Assembly (NCBI GenBank): GCA_964549305.1
Contig: CAZJVM010000024.1
Location: 1 to 36,876, forward strand
From: an uncultured bacterium
GTDB taxonomy: Bacteria > Schekmanbacteria > GWA2-38-11 > J061
Direction: 5' to 3'
DNA: 36,876 bases
Shown one piece after another: positions 29,693-36,876 of this stretch. The notes under the pieces are model-generated. The model saw only the letters and a list, made by a program, of their open reading frames with translations. It was not told where the DNA came from and did no database searches. The first letter of the stretch is position 1, and each line of letters starts with the position of its first letter. The position numbers and the translations under genes are program-made.

Positions 29693-30418
29693 ATGAAGAT
29701 GCTTGCTTTTTCTTATAGTTTGATTGCCGCCGCCGGTTCGATTATAGGAATGCTCCTTCTTTTGTGGAAGGAGGAATGGGCAAGAAGAAATTCCATAAAG
29801 CTGATAAGCCTTTCAGGAGGAATTTTTCTCGGGATTGTTTTTATTCACCTGCTTCCCGAATCATTGGAAATAAATGAAGATGCCCTTTGGTATTGTCTCG
29901 GTGGCTTTATCTGTTTTTACCTGCTGGAATCACTCTTTCTTTTTCATTCACATTCCGACGAAGAGCCTTCGGGAGAGAGACATCACGAATTCGGTCTGCT
30001 TGCGGTGGTAGGTCTTTTTATCCACTCCATGTTTGACGGCATTGCAATCGGCGCGGGCTTTGAACTTGACTCAAGAATTGGTTTCCTCGCCGTTGTGGCG
30101 GTGCTTTCCCACAAAATTCCCGACGGCATAGCGATTGCGAGCATTCTTTTTCACGCAAAGGAATCTTTGAAAAGAGTCGTTCTGATTTCGATAATTATCT
30201 CAGCGGCAACTCCCGTGGGCGCAGTGGCAGTTTCTCTCTTTTTCAACAATATAGAAGAGAGTTTTGTTGGGGCATTGCTTGCATTCGCTTCGGGTTTTTT
30301 CCTTTATATTTCTGCCTCTGACCTGATCCCTCAGACGCATACTGAAAACAATGCGCTTAATTTCGTAATCCTCACCCTTGGAGTCCTTTTGATGTTTTTA
30401 CTAAAAATGGCTGTCTGA
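29693..30418 (+). CDS. ZIP family divalent metal transporter
   Basis: HLLPE, His-rich loop HSHS...HHE, HSMFDG, HKIPDG, SDLIP; about eight transmembrane helices. Confidence 0.9.
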   Translation: MKMLAFSYSLIAAAGSIIGMLLLLWKEEWARRNSIKLISLSGGIFLGIVFIHLLPESLEINEDALWYCLGGFICFYLLESLFLFHSHSDEEPSGERHHEFGLLAVVGLFIHSMFDGIAIGAGFELDSRIGFLAVVAVLSHKIPDGIAIASILFHAKESLKRVVLISIIISAATPVGAVAVSLFFNNIEESFVGALLAFASGFFLYISASDLIPQTHTENNALNFVILTLGVLLMFLLKMAV

Positions 30419-30425
30419 ATCATAA

Positions 30426-32927
30426 ATGGAAGAACGCGGAAACATTTATATATTTGTTTTTTTGAGTATTGTTCTTGTTGCCACCGGAATAAGAGTTTAC
30501 TATTCACTCACAACTCCGCTACTTGAGACGGACGGTTCCATTGCTCTTTTAAATGCCAGAGTGCTCGACGAGAAGGGAATTATATCCTCTGAAGGTCCGT
30601 CGGCATCAATATTAAACGCCTTTCTGTTAAAAATATTCGGTGAAAGTATTTTAGTGGGAAAACTTGGAAACACCGCGGCATCTATAGGCGTGATTTTTCT
30701 CATATGGTTTTTCTGTATAAGAGCATATAATGTGCGGACAGCGCTTTTTGCCACTTTTTTTCTGGCGTTTTCACCGCTCAATATACTTTTTTCCATAATG
30801 GCAAAACCCTATATGATGCTTTCTTTTTTAATTATCCTCTCAGCATATCTCTATTATCTTGGCGCGAAAAAAAACAGTATTGTCCTTATTGTCTGTGCCT
30901 CACTTTGCATTCCCGTTGCGTTCGGGTTCAGGACTTTTTCGATTTTTTCATTTCTTGCCGCGGGAATTGTATTCGCGTTGAGCGTTGCCGCGAAGGTTTG
31001 GGAGAAGGGCAATAGGGAAATTTCACTTCGCTATCCTCTGATTTATATTTTTTCCGGCTTAATCTTTTTTACGCCCCTTCTTTACTGGAGAATAAGGAAG
31101 CTGGGATTGTATTTTTTCCGGGATTTCGGAATGCCTGACTGGCTTAGGTCTCAGGACTATGCCTATCTGGAGAGATGGGAAAATGTGGAACACCATTTTC
31201 TCGATTCCGCGTTTATTTTTCTTCCTGTATTTTTAATGTTTATTTATTTTATTTTTGTGAATCGCGAGAAAATTTCTGCAAACATTATTGTTTTTTCCTT
31301 TCCCGCATCCTTTATTTTTCTGCTTATCATCAATCCGGGGCATCATTTTCCCAGAATACTCGTTCCTGCCATTCCCTTTCTATGCATCATGAGCGCGGTT
31401 TTTCTCGATTACCTTCTGTCAGGTCAAAATAAACCGTTGAATAAATCTCTTCTTCTAACTTTTCCGCTTTCAATGTGGATTTATATGGCAATAAATTTGG
31501 CAGGACCTTTCAGGACTGAGGTTTCAACATCATCGGGAGTGATGCGAATGACCGTAAACATTGCGATGACTTTTACCTTTTTTTATCTTGTATCATTTGT
31601 TTTATCGAGGGGGTTTAATTTTGGTGGGAAAACAGCATCTCTGTTAGTAATTCTAATTCTTTCGGGCTTTGCCGTTGACGGAATAAAACGCGTTGATTCA
31701 CGCGTCAATATACTGTCATCTGCCATTATGCCCTATATTTCGGCAATCGAGAAGATGCCTTTATCAGGTGAGGCAAGGGGAATCCTTTATGAAAACAATC
31801 CTTTCGGAATGCTTGAAGGCAGGGATACGAAAGACTTGCGAAACCTCGCTCTGTCGGACGGGATAAAACTTCTTTCGGGAGATATTTCGGCGGTATCGGA
31901 AAAAAACAATCTCTCCTATTTTATAATACCGGGCTTTAAATATGCTGATGGAATTTATTACACATATAATGATATGTCTCTCAGACACAACGGTTTTGCG
32001 CCCAGAATGCACGAAGAGATGCTTTCATCTTCCTATCTTGACCGCATCTACGACAATTCTAAAGTTATCGCGCTTTTCTATCCCTTTTCAAATCCGCCCC
32101 ATACTCCTTCTCTTTTTACCGGCAGAAAGATAGATGTGTCAGCGGTTTTTGGAAAGAGAGGAAATGATTTTACGGAAGTTTTTTTTGAAAGCGAAAAACC
32201 GGGGGAAATACCCGATGAAGTCGTGATTTCAAACAGAAGTCTCCGGGACGACAATCTTATGTGCGCCTTTTATGATGCTGATACCGTTATAGAGGCAGAA
32301 TCCTTTTACAAGAAACGCGGTGAATATGACAACCCGTGGTTTTATGTCTATACTCACTGGGATTTGGGAGAAGATTATTTTAAAACCTTTTTTTACGGAA
32401 ATACGGCAATGGTCTATCCTCTTTCACAAGGCGGCAAAGGGGGAGTTTTGGAAAGGGATATTCCCTTGTCTTCCGGTTGTTATGACATATTTGCAAAAAT
32501 TTCATATAAAGGTGACAATTATTCAGGAGAAGTTGCGGAATTTTTCATCGACGGCAATCTTCTGAGGAAACTTTCAGGGATTGATCTGGCGGATTTGGAG
32601 AATTATCATTTTCTTGGTAAAACAAATATCCACGAAGACAAAATTGTAAATATGCAGTTGGTTATAAAGGAAAATCCCTCATTTAAGAAGTCATATCTGA
32701 TTTTTGACAGGCTTGTATTTCAAAAAAGTATTTGCTTCGGGGATAAAGATGACAATCAGATGCCTTCCCTGTTGCCGCTTTATGAAGAAAAGATAAAAAT
32801 TCATTCAGGTGAAAGGAAATCGATAATAATCCCCGAAGAATTCAAAAGTAGGCAACACATTGAATTTATTGCATATAATCCTGACAATCTTGCCTCGTAC
32901 CTTCTCCGTTACAAGATACCGGAATAA
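30426..32927 (+). CDS. Polytopic membrane glycosyltransferase (GT-C fold, ArnT/PMT-like) with C-terminal soluble domain
   Basis: Many hydrophobic segments over the first ~420 aa, LLETDG after TM1, FLAFSPL...AKPY, PRI; long hydrophilic tail. Confidence 0.65.
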   Translation: MEERGNIYIFVFLSIVLVATGIRVYYSLTTPLLETDGSIALLNARVLDEKGIISSEGPSASILNAFLLKIFGESILVGKLGNTAASIGVIFLIWFFCIRAYNVRTALFATFFLAFSPLNILFSIMAKPYMMLSFLIILSAYLYYLGAKKNSIVLIVCASLCIPVAFGFRTFSIFSFLAAGIVFALSVAAKVWEKGNREISLRYPLIYIFSGLIFFTPLLYWRIRKLGLYFFRDFGMPDWLRSQDYAYLERWENVEHHFLDSAFIFLPVFLMFIYFIFVNREKISANIIVFSFPASFIFLLIINPGHHFPRILVPAIPFLCIMSAVFLDYLLSGQNKPLNKSLLLTFPLSMWIYMAINLAGPFRTEVSTSSGVMRMTVNIAMTFTFFYLVSFVLSRGFNFGGKTASLLVILILSGFAVDGIKRVDSRVNILSSAIMPYISAIEKMPLSGEARGILYENNPFGMLEGRDTKDLRNLALSDGIKLLSGDISAVSEKNNLSYFIIPGFKYADGIYYTYNDMSLRHNGFAPRMHEEMLSSSYLDRIYDNSKVIALFYPFSNPPHTPSLFTGRKIDVSAVFGKRGNDFTEVFFESEKPGEIPDEVVISNRSLRDDNLMCAFYDADTVIEAESFYKKRGEYDNPWFYVYTHWDLGEDYFKTFFYGNTAMVYPLSQGGKGGVLERDIPLSSGCYDIFAKISYKGDNYSGEVAEFFIDGNLLRKLSGIDLADLENYHFLGKTNIHEDKIVNMQLVIKENPSFKKSYLIFDRLVFQKSICFGDKDDNQMPSLLPLYEEKIKIHSGERKSIIIPEEFKSRQHIEFIAYNPDNLASYLLRYKIPE

Positions 32928-33003
32928 GATTTGATTTTTGCCGAATATTCATTGTTGAGACGGCATTTTTATTAAATAATAACAGATTTTATTCGATAAA
33001 AAG

Positions 33004-35991
33004 TTGTTGTCTTTAATCTATTTTCAGCCACTGCCAAAGAAAATAATGAATAGCGAAAAAGAAATTCAGGTAAGGAAAGATACGGATAAAATGAGACGCC
33101 CTTCCTTTTTTAGCGGACCCTTTTTTCCCGTTGTTTTAACTGTCATTATAATTGTAACCGCCATTAGCTTTGTCGCCTATAACTATGCCGAAAAAATGTC
33201 GCGCGAAAGAAGGCAGATGTATATGTTTTCCGGCACGAAGGCAACAAAACGGCAGATACAAAATTGGTATAACGACATAATTGATAAATGCAACCTGATT
33301 ATTCTCAATCATAAGAATGAAAGCAATATGTATGCTGCTATTGTAAGCAAATATTCCGCTCAAAGAAATTCAAGGATATCTCCTCACAATGGTTTCAGAA
33401 ATTACCTCAATGACATCAAAAAATCCATTTCCTGTAAAAGCGTTATGATGGCAACAAGTGAGGGAAGTGTCATTGACTCAACGGACGAAGTTTCCGGGGA
33501 AGTCGATAAATATTTGAAGCAAACAATTCTTGCCGCGCTTGAGAGCAAAAAGGTAATGGTTGCTCCTGTTAAGCTTAATGAGACAGATAGAAAATCCTAT
33601 ATTTCTTTTGTTTTGCCCTTTTTTTCAGCATTAGATTCAAAGGGGACTGAAACGGGAATATCAAACAATGTCCTCATAGTAACCTATGATATTGAAAAAG
33701 AATTGTCCGGAATGTTGTATTCATTAGACACCTCAAGAAGTAAATCATTCGAAGAGTTAATCGTAATGCAAAAGGGCGATAATCTTGTCATCCTAAACAA
33801 ACTTATTCCGGACAGCAGAAGATGGATGACCCTTGTAATACCTATGACGGGAGTTAACTCTCCTTCATATAGTGTGCTTCAGGGTAATGATGGTGTCTTT
33901 AACGGGATAGATTACAGAGGTTGCAGTGTAATAAGCACAGCAGCTTATATTCCGGAATTGAAATGGGGGGTAATCGAAAAAATAGACCGTATTGACGCGT
34001 TCAATATTCTTCGAACCATAATGCTCTTTATTGTGGGAGTTTCACTTTTTATAATTTTCTTTATGGGCTGGTTTTTTATGCGTTACGCCAAAAAACACGG
34101 AGAAAGCGCCGCGCATAAGATTGAAAAACTCGAGCAATACAGAAGCGCGTTGCTGAGCGTATATCCCGATATAATAGTGAACGTCGATATGAAAGGGAAA
34201 ATAAACTGGCTAAATGACAGAGGAACAGAATTTTTCGGAGTAAATGCCATCGATAAAGATATCTCGTCATTTATGACCGGAATGTCCCGTGACGTAGTCA
34301 AAGAACATTATTACGATTTTCTCTTTTCGGGAAAAAAGACAAATGTCACCTCTGTGCAGTTGTTCAGGAGGAAGGACGGAAATGAGAGGGTTTTGTCATG
34401 GACGTCCTGTTTCCTTGTGGATGACGATGGAAATAAAACTGGTGTACTGGCAGCGGCAAGGGACATTACGGAGAGTAAAGAGGCGGAAAAGAAAATCGAA
34501 GAATCGGAGAAATATCTAAAAACAATCTTTTCCTCTCTCATAGACGGCATCGTCATTATTGATAAGGATATGAATATCACTGACGCAAATGAATATATAT
34601 ACTCTCTCCTCGGCTATTTTAAAGATGAACTCATAGGGGAAAAACTTTTTAAAATCTATCCTGACGCGGGATACGGACTTCTCAAAAAATCCATTGAAAG
34701 GCATTTCGAGGATGAAGTTTCTATTAGCGGCCTTGAAATAGATCTTCTTACAAAATCTGGTGAAACTGTTCCAACAAGCATAAAAGCGGTACTGCTCAGA
34801 GATTATGAGGGAAAGGTATTCGGAAGTTTAGGGTTAATAAGGGATATGAGGGAAGTCAAAGTTCTTCAGCAAACCCTGGTTCAGTCGGAAAAACTATCAT
34901 CTGTTGGCGAAATGGCGGCAGGTGTCGCCCACGAGCTAAACAACCCCCTTACGGCGATTATTGGTTATTCCAATCTCCTTATGGATAAGGATATTCCCGA
35001 AGAAATAGCGAAGCAGATTGAGATAATCAACCAACAGTCGCAGAGATGCCAGAATATCGTTTCCAACCTTCTTATGTTTTCCCGCAGATATGAGGCGAAA
35101 CAAGACAGCGTAGACCTGAATGAACTTGCGAAGACCACGATAGCGCTCACTGCATATGATATGCGTTCAAGCGGGATTACAATAGAAGAAAAATACGAAG
35201 ATGGCCTTCCTCTTGCTTTCATCGACGGGAATAAAATACAGCAGGTACTTGTCAATCTTTTTCAGAATGCCAGATATGCAGTGGAACAGAATGAGAATGG
35301 AGAAAAAAAGATTGGTATTACGACAAAAAAACAGAATAACCTTCTCGAGATTGAAGTTTCGGATACGGGTATAGGAATCGGGCCTGAGAAAATCCAAAAG
35401 ATATTCGACCCATTTTATACTACAAAAAAAGTGGGTGAAGGCACCGGACTGGGATTGAGCATTTCCTACGGGATAATAAAAGAGCACGGAGGAGACATTT
35501 ATGTAAGAAGTAAGCCGGGTAAGGGGACGCAATTTGTAATTAAACTGCCTTTCGGTACGGCAGGTGAGAAGAATGCGGCGAAGATAGAGAAGGGTGATGT
35601 TGAAGAGGTCGAATTTAGAAAAAAAACGGTACTTGTAATTGATGATGAAGAAGTGATAAGGGATGTTCTCAATCTGTATCTTTCCGACGAAGGGCATACT
35701 GTGGACAGTACGGAAAGCGCCATAAAGGCGCTTGAAATGATAAAGCGCAAAAACTACGATATGATTTTTTCCGACGTAAGAATGCCCGATATGAACGGTC
35801 TGAAGTTTTTGGAAAAGCTCAACGAAATAAACGAACCTCTTGCCCAAAAAGTTGTTTTTATAACAGGCGATTCAATGTCTCTCGATTCAATTGGCAACGG
35901 TAACGGGTTTAAAAACCTCATTCTAACCAAGCCTTTTACAATAAATGACGTAAAAGGGGTCTTGCAAAAAGTTGTTTCGTCCGCTCAATAG
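33004..35991 (+). CDS. Membrane-bound hybrid sensor kinase (Cache-like sensor, two PAS, HisKA/HATPase, receiver)
   Basis: Two TM helices flank a sensor domain with DYRG...WG; PAS/PAC; AGVAHELNNPL; GTGLGL; VLVIDDE...SDVRMP...KPF. True start may be ATG 33046 or 33091. Confidence 0.92.
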   Translation: MLSLIYFQPLPKKIMNSEKEIQVRKDTDKMRRPSFFSGPFFPVVLTVIIIVTAISFVAYNYAEKMSRERRQMYMFSGTKATKRQIQNWYNDIIDKCNLIILNHKNESNMYAAIVSKYSAQRNSRISPHNGFRNYLNDIKKSISCKSVMMATSEGSVIDSTDEVSGEVDKYLKQTILAALESKKVMVAPVKLNETDRKSYISFVLPFFSALDSKGTETGISNNVLIVTYDIEKELSGMLYSLDTSRSKSFEELIVMQKGDNLVILNKLIPDSRRWMTLVIPMTGVNSPSYSVLQGNDGVFNGIDYRGCSVISTAAYIPELKWGVIEKIDRIDAFNILRTIMLFIVGVSLFIIFFMGWFFMRYAKKHGESAAHKIEKLEQYRSALLSVYPDIIVNVDMKGKINWLNDRGTEFFGVNAIDKDISSFMTGMSRDVVKEHYYDFLFSGKKTNVTSVQLFRRKDGNERVLSWTSCFLVDDDGNKTGVLAAARDITESKEAEKKIEESEKYLKTIFSSLIDGIVIIDKDMNITDANEYIYSLLGYFKDELIGEKLFKIYPDAGYGLLKKSIERHFEDEVSISGLEIDLLTKSGETVPTSIKAVLLRDYEGKVFGSLGLIRDMREVKVLQQTLVQSEKLSSVGEMAAGVAHELNNPLTAIIGYSNLLMDKDIPEEIAKQIEIINQQSQRCQNIVSNLLMFSRRYEAKQDSVDLNELAKTTIALTAYDMRSSGITIEEKYEDGLPLAFIDGNKIQQVLVNLFQNARYAVEQNENGEKKIGITTKKQNNLLEIEVSDTGIGIGPEKIQKIFDPFYTTKKVGEGTGLGLSISYGIIKEHGGDIYVRSKPGKGTQFVIKLPFGTAGEKNAAKIEKGDVEEVEFRKKTVLVIDDEEVIRDVLNLYLSDEGHTVDSTESAIKALEMIKRKNYDMIFSDVRMPDMNGLKFLEKLNEINEPLAQKVVFITGDSMSLDSIGNGNGFKNLILTKPFTINDVKGVLQKVVSSAQ

Positions 35992-36013
35992 TTCTTCACG
36001 ATTCCGCCTTCTC

Positions 36014-36042
36014 TTGACACAACATCCTTTAAAGTATATTTT
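36014..36042 (+). promoter_or_regulatory. Sigma70 promoter of tRNA-Leu
   Basis: TTGACA 36014-36019, 17-nt spacer, TATTTT 36037-36042. Confidence 0.6.
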
Positions 36043-36076
36043 CTCATTTTCATAAAATGGTATTTTTTACATTCCT

Positions 36077-36161
36077 GCCGGAGTGGTGAAACTGGTAGAC
36101 GCACGGGACTCAAAATCCCGCGGGGTTCATCCTCATGGGGGTTCGATTCCCCCCTCCGGCA
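36077..36161 (+). tRNA. tRNA-Leu (anticodon CAA)
   Basis: Acceptor stem GCCGGAG/CTCCGGC plus discriminator A, D-arm with TGGTAGAC, anticodon arm CGGGA-CTCAAAA-TCCCG, long variable arm, T-arm GGGGG-TTCGATT-CCCCC; CCA not encoded. Confidence 0.96.
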
Positions 36162-36185
36162 TTCTTTTAACTTTTCCGGAAAACT

Positions 36186-36503
36186 ATGAACGAACTGAAT
36201 ATAAAGATAATTGTAAATGAGCTTATCGTAAAAGAAGAAAATGTAAGAGCGACTGCGGCGCTCATCGGTTAAGGCGCAATCGTTCCATTTATTGCCCGCT
36301 ATAGGAAGAAGGCAACGGGAAGTCTCGATGAAGTGCAGGTTGCCTTAATAGGGGACAGACTTGAACAGCTTGATGAACTGGACAAACGTGGCGATGCCGT
36401 ACTTAAATCTCTTGAAGAAAGAGAACTGCTTACAGATGAGTTAAAAGAAAAAATAGAAACCGCTCAATCTCTTACTCTCCTTGAAGATATCTATCTTCCT
36501 TAT
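36186..36503 (+). pseudogene. tex: Tex (RNA-binding transcription accessory protein) N-terminal remnant
   Basis: MNELNIKIIVNEL...ALIG*GAIVPFIARYRKKATGSLDEVQ...LEDIYLPY; in-frame TAA at 36270-36272; similarity stops after LPY although Tex is normally over 700 aa. Confidence 0.88.
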
Positions 36504-36506
36504 TGC

Positions 36507-36853
36507 GTCACCATCCGGTTTCCAGTAAACTTCCTCTCTTATCTGTGGGAGAGGATTAGGGTGAGGGGGATAAGATCATCATCCGGCACCTCTCTCCCGT
36601 CATCATCAGGCACCTCTCTCCCGTCATATTCCGGCTTGACCGGAATATCCAGAAAACATTCACAATAGAAAAAAATCATTTCTCACAGAGCACGCTAAGG
36701 GCAGGGAGTAAAGCTGACACGGTGAGTGGGTGATGCGTGGATAAGTAAGCTCATCGCGTTATAATTAGATGCCTCTATTTGTCATCATCGGGCTTGACCG
36801 GGTGAACCAGAAAAATTAACAAATGGATTGTCCGGTCGGTGCCGGACAATGAC
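36507..36853. repeat. Cluster of REP-like short palindromic elements
   Basis: GTCAT-hairpin-CCA units at 36623-36652, 36781-36810 and inverted at 36824-36853; 24-bp tandem duplication 36576-36623; CCTCTC/GGGAGAGG-TTAGGGTGAGGG hairpin at 36532-36567. Confidence 0.8.
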
Positions 36854-36876
36854 AGCAGATAAAAGGAGATAATATG

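Noticed and set aside
36270-36272. Stop-codon recoding in tex
   Set aside because: The stop is TAA, which terminates many genes here, and the gene is also truncated, so decay is the simpler explanation. No in-frame TGA suggesting selenocysteine was noticed in the redox genes.
36582-36590. TCCGGCACC resembling the tRNA-Leu 3' end (possible att site)
   Set aside because: Only 7 nt match the tRNA gene, the same string is part of the repeat family, and no integrase is present.
36576-36652. Possible mini-CRISPR array
   Set aside because: The 24-bp units are directly adjacent with no unique spacers, and no cas genes are in the window.
36333-36668. 111-aa ORF as a real protein with SSSGTSLP repeats
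   Set aside because: The first half is the tex remnant; the second half is translated repeat DNA.

Overview
Chromosomal window from a low-GC bacterium (roughly 40% GC by eye). Ferredoxin, rubredoxin and rubrerythrin-type genes suggest an anaerobe or microaerophile. Almost all genes are on the + strand. Left to right: YyaL/DUF255 protein; a minus-strand DoxX, queF, glutaredoxin and hypothetical block; an orphan PAS histidine kinase; a Cys-tailed MerR regulator followed by a divergent RpoD-like sigma factor, each preceded by an ACGT-N2-ACGT palindrome; pepA; a redox cluster (flavoprotein reductase, three ferritin/rubrerythrin-like proteins, nrnA, plus a 57-aa ferredoxin and a 36-aa rubredoxin-like protein that the ORF track missed). 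This cluster runs with short gaps into a branched-chain-type 2-oxoacid dehydrogenase E1a/E1b/E2 with no E3, then a cysteine hydrolase, PduO, AspA/FumC, an SDR, a triple Cys-repeat protein, DUF169 and a peroxiredoxin. Next come an orphan PqqD-like protein; a complex I cluster reduced to nuoB-CD-F-G-I followed by a MidA/NDUFAF7 methyltransferase; lipB; a ZIP transporter; a GT-C membrane glycosyltransferase; a hybrid kinase; tRNA-Leu(CAA); and a tex pseudogene cut off by a cluster of REP-like palindromes. No CRISPR array, rRNA, transposase, integrase or phage gene was seen. Best candidates for something undescribed: the MerR/sigma cascade with its operator, the E3-less dehydrogenase joined to a split rubrerythrin chain, and the peripheral-arm-only nuo cluster with MidA. 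All family calls are from motif recognition by eye; no searches were run.
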